Shown here: piece by piece, positions 14,090 to 29,117 of the stretch
How the letters are laid out: each line of letters begins with the position of its first letter
Position numbering within the stretch: the stretch's first letter is position 1
Made by a program: the position numbers and the translations under genes
The notes under the pieces: generated by a model
Databases searched by the model: none
Told to the model about the DNA's origin: nothing
Seen by the model: the letters and a program-made list of their open reading frames with translations, nothing else
Assembly (NCBI GenBank): GCA_964016885.1
Contig: OZ024741.1
Location: 182,156,001 to 182,220,000 of the forward strand
Reading direction: 5' to 3'
DNA from: Eledone cirrhosa
Lineage: Eukaryota
DNA: 64,000 bases

Positions 14090-14340
14090 ACTTCAATGAT
14101 CATCACTAAATTAATTGTTTGACCAAATGGCTGAATACTCCACAGACATGTATACATTTAATGTAACGCTCAGGCAGATTCAGCGTGACATATGGCAAGA
14201 CTGGACATTTGAATTACAGGTACAATCCAATTAAAGGGCTTCCACACACTTTCTGTCAACCTAATTTAAGTCAAAATATGTTGGTCTACACGAGATATGA
14301 TAAAAGACGCCCAAAATACTACAAAGGGAAGTCAAACATG
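14090..14340 (-). mobile_element. SINE family S3 (Ceph-domain-like), degenerate
   Basis: Shares gattcagcgtgac...aaggctgg...tgaattacaggtac blocks with copies at ~21330-21530, 30215-30530, 35170-35450, 52500-52730 and 56570-56730. Confidence 0.55.
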
Positions 14341-15779
14341 TCCTAGATCTTTGGCTCCCAACTTTTTTTCAATATTAAGGACCCTTTTATTTAAATGAAT
14401 TTTTTCGACATTTACAGGAATGAGAGTAACACTCAAGAGGGAAATATATATACTTAGAAAGGCATGGATACATTAAAATAATATGTAAACATAGAAATAA
14501 CTCAACAGGTAGACAAATCAGAGAAGCAACTGAAATGGAACTAAGAAAACCAAAGCTGAACAGAAAAAATGAATGGAATAACAAAAACCATACCCAAATA
14601 CACAATATTGACCTAAGGTAAATATAAATAAATAAGGAGCGAAAGATATCCAAATAGCGGGACTTCACCGATCGCTTCCTTTTGGCAGAGGTCACTATCG
14701 CGACCTCCAATGTCCTCCAATGTTCTCGGTCGGTCCTCGGACTTCCATGAGAAACGAGCCCTTTGATGTAATAAGTCTGATGGTGTCATTGGTTCTCCTC
14801 CGCGGCAATGCTTTCACCATAGTGTCTGTGGGGTGCAGTTGACATACACTGCCTATCCAAAAGGGTGTAGAGTTTCCTCTGCCTGTTCCTTCCACTTTTG
14901 TATGATTTAATCCCCCAAACTTTTCATTTTCCTGCTCATATTTTAATCATGTTTTAATCACTTACCTTATTGTATACTTCTATTCAACAATAAATTTAGG
15001 ATTTTTAATAAAAGTACTTTAAAATATAGATACAGCGCACGGATCCCCAATGTTACTTTTGCAGCCTTCAAGTGTCCGGAACCTCAGGCAGAGGACCACT
15101 GTCCTAGATATTATTCACAAGACTATCTCTTCAAGCTACCAAGACTTCCGTCTCAGAAAGATTCTAATAATCGTTTTTTGTTGTTGTTTCCATGCTGCAC
15201 TCTACGTTTAATAACCGCTCGTACAATGCTTACTATACATACATTTGTCTGAACTTATCTTCACATCTCATACACGCAACGCCAGATTCTCACTCACACA
15301 CATACAAACATACTACCTTCAGTAACTGACTATATATGTTTCTCTGATTTCGTTATATAATCAGTCCTCTTCCTTTCATTTTTATTATTAGATTGTTGTT
15401 GTTATTCTTTTTATCTTACTTTCTCTTTTCCTTTCATAATTATTTTTAGTTTTATTTATCTGTAGCTACTGATCTAGAGATCTACGTATCTCCTTCTTAC
15501 ACCCCCCCTCCCCTCCACCCCTGTCTCTCTCCCCCTCCCTCTATGAGAGAGATAGATAGATAGAGAGAGATATACTTCCCCGGAAACGTATGACTAAATC
15601 TCAGAAGAAACCAACTAATACACAATTACAATTATTTCACCAGATCATAGCTAACGATTCCTTTGCATAATTCTTCTCTGTATTAAATAGAACTGCAACT
15701 ACTCACCCATTTTCTCAATCCCGATATCAGTTCGCTTTATATATAAATGAACACATACACACATATATATATATATGTA

Positions 15780-17576
15780 CAGTTGCCCCCGGTATTCGCG
15801 GATGTTACGTTCTTTGAGCACCCGCGAAGAGTGAAAAACCGCGAATATTGGATGTGGTCCATAAAAATGCCTATAAACGTCAAAATATAACGTAAAATAT
15901 ATTTTTTTAAAAAGAAGTAGCGTCTAATAGGCCGGCAAATCTATACTATAAAGCTGAGGGCCGTATGTAAGTAACTAACTTTCCGCCAAGCGGCTGGACC
16001 AAACGGCGTCAAATTTGCACCATAAATGTAACTTTTTCCAAGTAAGAAAGTGAGAGCATTTTTGTCTACTGAATTTTGTTAAAAGATTAAAGACATTATT
16101 TAAATATTCACTTCTTTAACATTTTCAAATGTCAAACTTCCGGTTATACGACATTCCTAACGTCCTCACGAACCAAAGTATCATCTTCCTGTTTTCTTTC
16201 GGATGCAACGTTTTTCGAAATATGTACTTCTGCGTTCACTGATTGATTTTTTTAGTTTCAGAAGATCCCGTTAAGGTTGAAAGCAGCGATTATTTGCTTA
16301 TACTTTAATCTGTTATTTTAATATATATATATATATATAATTATATATTCGTGTACAGATATTTTTGCATGCACAAAAACAAAATATAGTCAAACGTATT
16401 TATTTCACGAAAGCACAGACGGCTTATCGTCATTGTTACTGCCGATATGCCACCCAAAAAGTCCTAGCCTGGCCGCAAGATCAGATTTTCCAGAAAAAAA
16501 TGTTTTACTAGAGCAACAGAGAGACTAAGCTTCGCGATTACCATCAACAAAGTCAGGATCAAACCCTAAAAGTGGCTGTCCTTCATCTGGGAAAACCATG
16601 GTTATTTGTATGTAGGATGCTCTAGAGTGAGCTCGCCAAACAATCTCTTCATCTTTACTCCCGAGGGCCGAACAAAAAATATTGTATACTCTGAGGCTCT
16701 AACAATGTAATTTATGTATTTTCTGTTACTTGGAATTTCCATTATGGTTGTACAAATTATTGTAAAGCTTGTTAAAATATGTCTTCTCTGTTCAACATTT
16801 ATTGTTGCAACTATCAATGTTCATTAACGTACTGGCTGAGAAACGAAACCTACAATGAAAGAACATGTTAAGGTTTACCCAAGCCAAATGTTGTCTTTAT
16901 TAACATTTCTATCTGCAGGTTCTTAGCAAGCTTACTGGCGTTTTAGGCTGGTATTCAATTCTCATATCGTTTTTGATTGATATGGTGCATATATAGCAGC
17001 TATTCATATCTTTTAAACATTAGATAACGATTGCTGATGTATATTGTATGACAGAATTAGCTGAAAAGTATTTTGAATGAACAAATAAAAGAGATATAAA
17101 AGAGAGATGTTTGTTGGCTGGTTCCTTCGCGTATCACACGAAAAAAACGAAAAGTGACAATCGGAAAGTATGTACAGGATTGGGATAAGAGTATATCCGG
17201 GAAAGTTTATTAATACTAATTTTACAAGCACAAAATGTAGACACCATCCCGAGGCCGAGGTATTTCGTACTTCTCTGTACCGTTATATATAATTATATAT
17301 TCGTGTACAGATATTTTTACATACACAATAACAAAATATAAACAAACGTATTTATTTCACGAGGCTCGATAAGGATAAATATATATCAAATATATAAGAA
17401 CCCTAGAGCAAATCCCGAGCAACGCCGGGCCATTCTGCTAGTACGGCATTTAGTTAATAATTTAGAGTTTAAAAAGCCATTAAAAAATCGCGGAAAATAT
17501 TTACGATTCAGCGGATATGGTGGTTTCCAGGAAAATCCCGCGAATAACCGGGACCACGAATGCCTGGAGTACACTG
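15780..17576. mobile_element. Tc1/mariner-pogo (Tigger-like) MITE interrupted by a Helitron
   Basis: TA|CAGTtgcccccggtattcgcgg ... ccacgaatgcctggagtacACTG|TA: imperfect TIRs with a TA target duplication. Confidence 0.65.
15940..17441 (+). mobile_element. Non-autonomous Helitron
   Basis: 5' end a|TCtatactataaagctgag. 3' hairpin cccg-agcaacgc-cggg followed by CTAG|t, so inserted between A and T with no TSD. Internal ~80-bp direct repeat at ~16333-16411/17285-17362. Confidence 0.85.
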
Positions 17577-18177
17577 TATATATATATATATATTTTAGCT
17601 ACGCAGACAAGATCTTTCTGGTGATCCCACGTCAGTGCAGGGGAAACTCCAGAATAACAAGGCTCACTGCTTAATTATAATAAATATTTAAATTCTACTT
17701 CAGTATTGACTAATTGTGATCATGTCTGTCAATAACTCACGGATATATGTATGGGAGGGGTCTGTATGTGTGTGTGCATGTATTCATATATTTATTTATT
17801 TCGAATAGGAACAAACTAAGCCCCCCGCCACACACACACACACACACACACATACACACACACACACACACACATCTATACAAGTATTTTTGTGTATTTT
17901 TACAAATAACTATCTCATTAATCACATCAACACCCTCTTACATATCTCCGTCCACAAAAAAACCCCACCTTTTTAAAGTAATAAGCATGTAAAACACACA
18001 CGAACCTTATAAATAACGAAGTTTCAAACATCTAATGGTGCCAGATGACACTATAAAGCCAAAGCTTCCATTTCACTGCCACCCTTCAGAAAATATATTT
18101 TACACGAACTGAGTGCTTATTCAGTTAATGCGTGTATGTTTTAAGTAGATTAGTATTTTAAACACACACACACACAG

Positions 18178-18264
<87 letters not shown>

Positions 18265-18266
<2 letters not shown>

Positions 18267-18471
18267 GTTATGTAATAAACAACATAAGATAATTATTTTA
18301 TTTACCAAAGGTTTCACGAAGTAAGACGAGCCTGACACAGACGTCTGAAATCGCTCGTCGAACCTTTGGTAAATGAAATAATTATCTTATGTTGTTTATT
18401 ACATAACTAAAAAGCTCTGTAGTCTACATAGAGCACTCTACTTTCCTTTACCTTTCCTACGGAAGCACTTC
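18265..18471 (+). mobile_element. Short fold-back element with a degenerate HHR in the loop
   Basis: Arms 18265-18313/18361-18409. The spacer holds gacgagc-CTGAcacagacgtct-GAAA-TC-gctcgtc (7-bp stem I). The tail has acatagagcactc and ends in (TATG)n. Confidence 0.6.
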
Positions 18472-18502
<31 letters not shown>

Positions 18503-18520
18503 TGTATGTATGTATGTATA

Positions 18521-18620
18521 CAGGGTGTCCCGAAAAATGTATACACACTATGATTACCTGTACAGGCAATATTTATTAGAATGCTGTTGAAGTGTGTATG
18601 CTTTTATTTGAGTAACCCTG
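18521..18620. mobile_element. 100-bp Tc1/mariner-type MITE
   Basis: TA|CAGGGTgtcc...taACCCTG|TA. A second copy lies in the opposite orientation at 53182-53280. Confidence 0.7.
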
Positions 18621-18639
18621 TACGTATATATATATATAT

Positions 18640-18783
18640 AACGAAGGAATTGTGGTAAGGAACCAGATGGACCATAACGCACCAGAGTACTCAATACTTA
18701 GAGTAGTAGAGTGGGTAATAGGAAAAAGTATGACCCCGACGGCAGAGCTCAAGCCGTTTCGACGGGGTCATACTTTTTCCTAT
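18640..18783 (-). mobile_element. Family F1 fold-back element
   Basis: Reverse-strand F1 copy with 21-bp arms 18718-18738/18763-18783. Both arms carry the private variant ggaaaaag. Confidence 0.75.
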
Positions 18784-19530
18784 ATATATATATATATATA
18801 TAATATATATATATAATATATATATATATAATATAGATATATAATATAGATATATATAATATATATATATAATATAGATATATATAATATATATATATAT
18901 AATATAATATAATATATTATATATAATATATAATATATATATAATATATATAATATATATAATATATATATATATATATAATATATATGCAATTTAGGCA
19001 ATATTAGGCTGCGCTTTCTAGCAACCAACCCACTCGCCGTAAGGCACTAATCACATTCTTTCTGACTTGACCACTATCACGTCACAGTTCTTAGCCATTT
19101 TGAATTCGTTTCTGGCGGGGATCATTTAAGAAAAATCTAGACCCAAGTGAGTTTGTTTCTTGATGATTTCGAAGCTCGAGAATTTATCCTTGATCGGATA
19201 TTTCCAAAAGCGAATGAAGCCCCAAGGGGTAGAAACATATTCCTGGTATGTTTATATACATTTTTTCTTCTAACTTTAATTTTATACCTAATTGTGTATG
19301 GTTGACGATATATTTAATCGATTTCCACGTGCTATTGAAATGGTGGGTAAATATTCTATAGCTGTTGATCGCGAATAGATGGCTATCGTTTATTTATCTA
19401 TTATTTCTTCATAGGTGCCTTTTAATCTTATAGCCTGGTTTAATTGGTTTTTTGTGTGGTTGATTATTCTGATTGGGAGAGGAAATGGTGTATATATCTT
19501 ATCAAATGATTCTATGGACATACTTTATAG

Positions 19531-19601
<71 letters not shown>

Positions 19602-19984
19602 AAGGACCGTGGATTAGTGATTAAAGGGTTGAACTCATGATCACATTCCTAAACCGAGTGACGACTTCTCTTGAGTAAGACGCTTCATTCCATGTTCTTT
19701 TTCATGGTGAGAGTGGTGCAGCTCTCATTTAAAGTTCTATGAGGTGGAACATCGTAGAAGGCTAACTAAACCTGCATGAGTGTAAATGTGCATTTCATTT
19801 ATCATATATATGCTAATGCAGTGCGAAACCGAAAAATAAAAAACATAAATCAGGATAGTACTCGATGCACAATGATATGCAGAGTATGTATATTAAAGTG
19901 GTAGAATCCCAAAGGAGACCCAGTCATGGGAATTTTCAAGGTTAATGATTGCTTCTTGTTGTAGAGGTCGTGGTTGTGTTTAAA

Positions 19985-20385
19985 GATATGATGGTTGTAG
20001 TTGTGGTGGTAGGTGTTTGTTGTAGTGGTAAAATTGGTAGCTGTAATAGTGGAGGTGTTAGTTGAGATGGTTGAGATGGTGGTTGTGGTGGTTGTGATTG
20101 TAGAGATGATGGTTTTGGTGGTAGAAGCGGTCGATGAGATGGTAGAGGTGCTAGAGTTGTTGGTTGTGGTGGTAGTGGTAGTGGCTGTGGTAGTAGAGAT
20201 AGTGGCTGCGGTAGTAGAAATGGTGATTGTGGTGGTAGAGATGGTGGTTGTGGTGGTAGAGATGGTGGTTTTGTTGATAGAGATGGTGGTTGTGTTGATA
20301 GAAGTGGTTTCTGAGGTGAAGGTAGTTGTGTTAGTAGAAGTGGCTGAGGTGGTTGCTCTAATAGTAGAGGAGGTAGTGGTGGCAT
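19985..20385. repeat. Degenerate GTG/GTA/GAT trinucleotide low-complexity tract
   Basis: Repeating tggtagagatggtggttg-like units that produce spurious poly-V, poly-T and poly-P ORFs. Confidence 0.8.
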
Positions 20386-22144
20386 TAAACATAATTTGAA
20401 CTGGCTAGTTTATTTTGTTGGTGGTGACTGAAAACGATAGTATTAGCTGGTTAGTTAGTGTTCCTGCATTCGTTCATTCGTCAATTCATCTATTCGTTCG
20501 TTCGATCATTTGCTTTTCGCACATTCCTTCTTTCGTTCGGTCGCTCGTTGAATGCATCAATAGTTGGTAGGTCTAAAAATAGTCGAGTGGCGAAATAAAT
20601 AACTTTAATGTAAAGAAGGGAAAGTTATTGTTGAGTTGACGAAGGTCAACCCAGATCACACAGACATAACCATGGTCAACAGCGTTCCATTCCCGCCATG
20701 GCCAACCTGCCTTAGTTTCAGTTATCACCATCTATCATTTTCATCAACATTAATTGCACTTCTCCAATTTTCATTGCCATCGTCGTCATTATCATCATCA
20801 CTATAAACATTATTATTATCAGGAACGTTGCTGGGGTCATCATCATCATCAATACAATATCACTTCTACCATCGTCATCAACATTATCATGGTATGGTGT
20901 TATGGGAAATAGTATGGTATGGTGAGTTGGGTGTGATGGGTGTGGTATGTGTGTGGTGTGTGAGGTGTATGGTATGGTGTGGTATTGTGTGAGGTTATGG
21001 TGTGATGTTGTGTAGGGTAGTGAGGTATGGAATGGTGTGTGATGTGGGATGTTTTGCTGTGGTATAGTGTAGTGTAATATGGTGGAGGGGGATGTGGTAG
21101 GTGTGATGCCTAAGTCTAAAGTCTGTATCAAGCCAGAAGGCTCGTTAGACCGTTGTTTAACCCGATTCCGTGGCATGAAGCGACTGAGAGTACGAGAATC
21201 TCCCCTGATAGGACGCCAATCGTGTAGTATGCTGTGTGTGGTATGGGGTGTGGAGACCCAACAATGCTTTCTCCATCTCCCAAGGATAAGGTCCAAAGTT
21301 AGATTCCACTACGTGACATCTTAGGCAAGTGTCATCAACCTCGGGTTGATACAAAACTCGTTAGTGAAATTGAGTAGACGGAAATTGATTGGAAGTGCGT
21401 CTTGGAAGACACACTGCCGAATTTTCCTAAGAATTATGTCAAGGGTACACGTGTCTGTTGAAATCTCAGCCACATGCACTTTACTTTCAAGAATAGGCTG
21501 TTCAGTTGACCGATGAGGTGGAACTCAAACCAATGGAGGCCTGTTTCATTTGATTAAATTGCATTAAACTCTCTCAATTAATTTGGGTTTCGAGATATTC
21601 GAAAGAAGGGAATAGTTTGGTGTGAGGTGCTGAATTATCAGATTGGAACCAATTGTCTGAGGATCAAAATATCATGGGACATATTCATTCGTAGTTTTGA
21701 AAAGTAATCAAACAATTAAGTGGTAATATATTGAGAAATATTCACAATATTGCTCTGATCTTTTATCATTCTATATTTCACAATATGAGACGATCTATTT
21801 GGCTGAGTCGTTAGAACGATTATGAGTATTTGTTCTGGATGTTTGAGTTCAAATCCCGACGATGTCTACTTTGACTTTCATCCTTCCGAGGTTGTTAAAG
21901 AAAATAGCAGTCCAATGCTGGTGCAGCCTTCTTTCTTTCCCGCTGTCATATCCTGGATGTTCCGTTGGATCAAAGAAGTAAGAATCGATAGGCTGTATGT
22001 GACTGCCCATGACAGCACAAGGGCGTGGCATGTGCTACCAAATCATACTCAATTGTGCTACCAGATCATACGCGATTGCAAGTGACAGCTGTAATTCATT
22101 TTTATTATTTCTTTGGGCACACTTGGATGGGCGCTTGCACAAAG

Positions 22145-22397
22145 GACGGTGGATTGGCAGAATCGGTAGATCGTCAGACACCATGCTTTGCAGCATTGAG
22201 TTATGGCTCTTTACGTTTTGAGTTCAAATCCTGCCGAGGTTAGCTTTGCTTTTCAGCCTTACGGGGTCGATAAAATAAAGCACCAGTAATGGACTGGGGT
22301 CGATAAAATAAAGCACCAGTAATGCAGTGGGGTCGATTTAATCGACTTTCCTCTCCCTAAATATTGCTGGCCTTGTGCCTATATTAGAAATCATTAT
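22145..22397 (+). mobile_element. tRNA-headed SINE, family S2 (Nin/Deu-like core), with an internal 34-bp duplication
   Basis: ggattggcagaatcgg (A box), gagttcaaatcc (B box), core ccttacggggtcgataaaataaag.accag and tail gctggccttgtgcct..agaaa. Confidence 0.8.
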
Positions 22398-24862
22398 TTG
22401 ATAATATATAAATGTATTGAATTAGTACTCATCCAGTCTTTCTGTGCTTTTTGCTTTTGTTGGCGGTGAGGTTTTCTTTCGTATTGATACTGATTTATAT
22501 TCCATTGGTGGAACATCAGAATGATGTTTATAAATAGTAACCAAAAGTCCCTATAGATCTTATATGTATACTTATCGAAAATATTCCAAATATATTTTTC
22601 ATCTTTATCTCTATACTATAAATGGCGAGCACGTTCGTTGTTTACTATAAATAATATAGTTGCCTTATCTGGAAATATTTCAATTAAGATGATGTATCAT
22701 TGTATGTTAGTAGTGAGGAGAAAAGGAAATAACCATTGGAGATAACTACCATTGAAGAATCTTTGATGGAAATTTTATATATTTCTGGAAGACTTTGGGT
22801 TTCTTTTTCTATCTTTTTCTATCTTTTGTGAGGAGTTGTTTTCTTACAGTTGCTTTGCTATTTTACACTTATCGTCATGTAGCCCAAGGTTAAAATATCA
22901 TGAACATCGATATTAATTTCATTGAAACTGCCTCATCTATTTCATTTCGGAGAGTATATGTCACGCAATGATAAATGATAAAATAATCTTTAACTAAAAT
23001 TTCACCATCTATAATAAATGAAAATAAGTAAAAAAAATACCGTTATGATTTTTCAATGGTTCATAGTAATAGAATTGTAATTTTGTTGTTTTTCTTTGTT
23101 TCTATTTTTAAACTCCTCGTCTTCAATATATATCAAATTTAAAGTCTAAAGTCTGTTTCAAGCCCGGAGGTTCATCAGGCCGGTGCTTATCCTGGCTTCC
23201 GTTATGTGAAGCGACTGAGTGTACATGACCCCACCATCCTGGTTGGGATGCCACAACGTTCTAAGGTTAAACTCACAAATATACTGGAGCAACGTGAAAT
23301 GAAATGTTTCGTTCAAAAACACAACACACAACCCAGTCCAAAAATCGAACCCACGATATTATGATCTCAAGTCCAATACTTTTACCACCAGGTCACGTAT
23401 CTCGACTAAATATATGAAATAGGGTAAAGTTTTTCCTCCATTTGTGTTCCTTGGCAATTTCCTTTCATAAAACAATAATTAGGAACTACTTGAAAAAATG
23501 CACAACAATGTCCAAGTGTGCATAACTAAGCAAAGTTTTTCCATCACTATTGAATCCATAACTCCTGGTAGACTCGCTGGGATGTCGTAGTGATATACGG
23601 TGGTTTCTAGGCATTTAAAAACTCCACGTTTTAACGCAACCGATTTCTTCCAGAAAAGGAGAGAAAGAAGGAGGAAATGAGAAATAAATATAGAGGAAGA
23701 ATCATTCCCAGTACCGGGCTGGTAGATTTTATCGACCTTAAAATATAAAAAGCGAAGTTGACTTCGGCGGGATTTGAACTGAGAGCGTAGGAAGCTAGAT
23801 TAAATACCGCAAGGCATTCTATTCGATGTTCTAACTGCTCTACTACTTCACCAACCTTAATAAAGGTGTTTATGGTTAACCAAATTGTTTAAGGTTAAAA
23901 CGAAGTTTTCAATACGAGCAGTTCCAAATCCAGAGTTTGGAATAAACGGGAGAGGGGGGGTCGGTAATTGTATAGTGTACATTCGTAAATATGTTCTTTT
24001 TTTGTCATATATGATTTTTTTTTTTATGTAAAATAAAATTATTAGATTCTCCAGCTGCTGTATCAATTTGAATTACAATAAAATTTCGCTGGAGATAGAT
24101 TAGCAAAATTTAATAAGCGGAGGTGGAGTGGAATAAAAGTGGGGGTGGTTGAAAAAATCTGAAAAATTAATAATGGGAGGGGGGGGGGGGCATTATTCAA
24201 GACTTGAGAGTAAGTGTAGTGGCGGTTGGCGGTTACGTAGGACAATTCATTTAAATAAAAGAGGTCCTTGCCACCGAAAACATTTAGAATAACTGTGCTA
24301 TAGTATTTCTATGGTCATGTTAGAGAATCATTAATTATGTCCTGTGAATCTTTTACGACTGTTCAACATATGATGTATTCATCTTGTGATGTTGCCATAT
24401 TCTTTGTTTCTGTGAAATCGTTACTAACATGCATATACACTTGGCGTCTTCTTGTGGCTGAGTGAAAGTTTCTCGTCAATGTTTTCGTAACCGTTCAATA
24501 AGCTAAGGTCACACTGGTCATTGTATCATGACACGTTTCAACGAATAACAACAACAACAACAACAACAACAGCAACAACAACAACAGCAACATCTGACGG
24601 ACAATAATCCTAAGAGATAATTACTATTAGCTTACAGGATTATTGTTTGACTACAACAACAAAGAACAGTAGTTCTCGCCAGTTGCAGGTATGATCTAAA
24701 CTCATATTTCTTAAATACGTTAAGCTGGTGATGCAGTAAATGACGTTCTTCAAAAAATCTCAATTAATTGAAATATCTCTTCTAGTTTGAGAAAGAAAAC
24801 AAAACACCTGGTGGAAGGAGAATTACTTTCAATGAATTGATTTACAGTGATATGGTCAGTAC

Positions 24863-24966
<104 letters not shown>

Positions 24967-25589
24967 TGAGGAGAGAGAAAGAGAGAGAGAGAGGCTAAGG
25001 GGAAGACAGAGATAGATAGAGAAAGAGAGTTGGGTAGAGCGGGGGAGAGCCCGGGAGAAAGAGAGAGTGGGAGAGCGCGGAAGAGAGAGACAAAGGGGAA
25101 GAGAGACAGACAAACAGAGGGAAGAGACATATGAAGGAGATACGAGAAACCTGGGAAGAAGAGGGGCGAAGGAGAGATACAAAGAGGGTGGAAGAAACAG
25201 AAAGAAGAAGGAAGAGAGAGAGAGAGAGAAAGGAAGGAAAGAAGGGAGAGAGAGACAGAGAAAGTGAGATGCTACTCATCAAATCCTCGTGTGGTGAATA
25301 GAAGAACCAACTCAATATAGACGTGAATAGCGAATATGGACATAAGAAGTCCTGGACACATGAGGGCAAAGCATAGCACACGGCAACAAGCCAGTCTAAA
25401 GCCAAGCCATGGGAGGCAGGACGACATCGACAATCATACGATACTGGACAGAGGAACCTATTTAAGTGATGGTTATTTACATGTTTATGGGGAAAGTCTA
25501 ATCTTTGCAGGCAAGGGAGCAAGTAGAGACCATGCTTCGATCTTATTGGACCTCATCTACTCTACTTTTACTTTGACACCTTCCTAATA

Positions 25590-26036
25590 ATGGTTTCTGA
25601 TTTAGGCATAAGGGGCCAACAATTTTGGGGTTGGGAAAAGCCGATCAAATCTACCCCAACGTGTTACTGGTACTTTATTTTATCGACCCCGTAATGATGA
25701 ACGGCAACGCTAATCTCAGCAGGATTTGAACACAATGGGACGTAACCCTATATCGCAAAGCATGTTGTCCGACACTCTACCAATACTGCCTATCCACCAC
25801 CTTACGTCTTTCTTATAATTCTTTCTACTTTAGGCACAAGGCCAGTAATTTAAAGGGGAGGGGAACGCCGATTAAATCGACCCCAGTACTTACTGGTGCT
25901 TTATTTTATCGACCCCGTAAGGATGAAAGGCAACGCTAACTTCGTCAGGATTTGAGCTCAGAACGTAAATGAAAGTAACCCTATACCGCAAAGCATGTTG
26001 TCTGACGCTCTACCAATACTGCCTATCCACCGCCCT
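25590..26036 (-). mobile_element. Two tandem S2 SINE copies
   Basis: Reverse-complement S2 at ~25590-25803 and ~25820-26036. Confidence 0.75.
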
Positions 26037-27107
26037 ACGGCTTCCTAATAATAACATAGAAGATAGTGAAGTGAAGGAGTTTCAACGTCAAACCGAAGTG
26101 TTTTACTGGTTGATTGCTTGTTGTTACAGTTGCTTTTTAGACCCAGGGTAACCTTGACTGAACACATATATGTTCAAAAACATACCATCAGTAGTCATAC
26201 CATGTTTCAATGCGAGGGGAACTTAGAACTACATCATCCAACTAGTATTTTTTTTTTTTTTTATATATAGAGTAGTGTCCGTATGTTATCTGAGACAAGC
26301 TTAGCTGCTATTTCTAGTAAGTCAACCGTCCACATGGTGGCTTTTGACTTTTACTTCATGACGTCATAAATATCATTAAACATTCATTGATATAATCATT
26401 ACAGATACAATGCAATCATCAATAGCAGCATCAATTGTAATACTGCCTTTCTGGAAGCCACGTGGATCGATTCTAAATTTGGTAGAAGAATGTATTGATT
26501 ACCTAGACTGTGATGGTTAAACACTTTGATTGACTAGCATGTGATGCTTATAACTGGCAACGTGCCAACTACATCTACCTTTCCACTCATCATTTCAACA
26601 TCCCATTTTAAAAATAAATTCTTCTAGTAACTCGTTTTGAATCATGTAATGACTTTTGAAATCACCTATTTTTTTTTTTTAAATAAGTTTTGCAGCGCAA
26701 TGATTTTAGTGTATTTTCGTATAGTGGATAAGGCAATGGATTTGGCGGAAATATTAGAGTGTTGGGCATGATGGCTGGTGACATGTGGTATGTCTTGTGG
26801 CCTTTTATATTGTGCGTCCACTTGTATCAAGCTGCATCAGCCCTCGTCTTTCCGTTGGGCAACATTATTGGTGACGAGGTGGGAGACTGGCATGCATGAC
26901 CGGCATATTTGTATTGAAGATACAGCAGAAGATTCGGCAGAACTGTTAGAGCGTCGGACGTGATGGTTTGCAGTATGTGTTTTGGTCTTTTGTGTTCTAC
27001 CTTTGCCTACGACGTCACTAGTGACAGTTTACCCCGGTTCTTGCCTTTATTATGGAGTATACTGATGGCTTAGAAATGAGAGGCTTGCGTGCATGGACAA
27101 CAGCTGA

Positions 27108-27168
<61 letters not shown>

Positions 27169-27913
27169 GAGACACACACACACACAAACTAATACCTACC
27201 TACCTACCAACCAACCAACCATCCAACCTACCAACCAGCGTGCCTACATACCTAGCAACCTACCTATTTCTTCTTTGTTTTGAGTGAAGGAATTCAAACC
27301 ACTGAAGAATTATAGTCTCCACACTTATACTTTTATGAGACTCTGGTATGGATTTAATCACATAGAGATTTACATTCATATATAATCTCACATACCTACA
27401 TTCACATTTAATTGAATACATACTTGCATTCATATTTGATCAAACAGACACCTGCACTCACAATGAATCAAATATACACCTGCACAGGCATTCAATCTCA
27501 CACAACCCTGCATGTACATCTAACACATTCTACATACCTTACAACTGATTATGTGTGAATGTTCGTGGCCTGTGTTTGTGCATATGTCTGTCAGTGATAG
27601 TGTTTCGGTGTACAAACGGGAAAAGCACCTGAATACATGATATATACCTGAAAAAAGCCTCGATAAACAAGTACATGTCTCTCTCTCTTTCTCTCTTTCT
27701 CTCTAACTCTCTCGCTATCACACACACACACACACACACATACATATATATATTATTGTAATTCATACACGCAACATATATTGCGCTACCCTAGGTTTCA
27801 AGGCATAGGCAGAGAAAGTATCTGCTGTACACGACGATGTAGAATGCACAATGCTAACTCACGGTTCGTTTCTAGATCACTCTTTTTCTTTTTCCTTTCT
27901 ACGGATATTTTCG

Positions 27914-27993
<80 letters not shown>

Positions 27994-27998
<5 letters not shown>

Positions 27999-28181
27999 AA
28001 CGAGTAGGACCCCGACGGCTGAGCTCAAGCCGTTTCGACGGCTAAGTCCAGAATTAGCCGTCGAAACGGCTTGAGCTCAGCCGTCGGGGTCCTACTCGTT
28101 CCTATTACCCACTCTACTACCCTAAGTATTGAGTACTTTGGTGCGTTATGGTCCACCTGGTTCCTTACCACATTTCCTTCG

Positions 28182-28183
<2 letters not shown>
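27994..28183 (+). mobile_element. Family F1 fold-back element
   Basis: Perfect 52-bp arms 27994-28045/28054-28105 with an 8-nt loop, the F1 tail and (TA)n flanks. Confidence 0.75.
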
Positions 28184-28250
<67 letters not shown>

Positions 28251-28256
28251 GGATGG

Positions 28257-28366
<110 letters not shown>

Positions 28367-29077
28367 TAATTTATGATCTCAATTTGTCGTGAAATTTCTA
28401 TATAAATCTTTAGAATCTACGGCTGTATATTCTTTTGCTTTTCAGTAAAGCAGAATATTTCTTAAACGAGATGATAAAACATAAATAAATAAACGTCTCA
28501 CTTCAAAAGCGATATATATCTAGTTAATTGTTTTGACTGTTTTAATTATAGTAATTATTAAAAGTATATATCATCACCAGTGTTATTTCTTTGGCGATGT
28601 TTTCTGTGGGCGATATAATCTAGACACGAAGGGTGTGGGGATGACTGAGGAGGAAGTGGCGAAGGAAGCCATTTAATATAATAATAGTGGTGTAGGACAG
28701 AGCTCAGAAGATTAAAGAATATACGAAGAGAAAGTAACATGTAGGTCGCAACACCTCCAATTTGTTGATTACTAGCTGATAGATCAATTTGTACATGGGT
28801 AACCTTTGTTATAGCATCTATTATTTCCTTCTTTTGTTTGTGAGTATGTGTGTGTATAGGTGAGTGGGGGTTTATTTGGGACAATTGTTTTATGTTTCAC
28901 CAAAAACAAAACAAAAAATAAAAGAAAAAACAACTTATATGATTCATATATGTTGGGCTATCGTCTTGAAGTCGACGATTAGTAAATTGTACGGTTGCTT
29001 TACACACATATTGTGAGTGACTGGGTATTCTACAGACAGTGCTTATAATATTAACGCTGGCAGCACCAGGCAAAATC

Positions 29078-29115
<38 letters not shown>

Positions 29116-29117
<2 letters not shown>

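Noticed and set aside
14640-14900. GC-richer block as a host exon
   Set aside because: In-frame stops and no clear splice sites. It may be a decayed LINE ORF1 remnant, but I cannot support that.
23900-24212. Possible pogo-like MITE ending ttattcaagacttgagagta
   Set aside because: Only one plausible terminus is recognisable, and the partner TIR is too degenerate.
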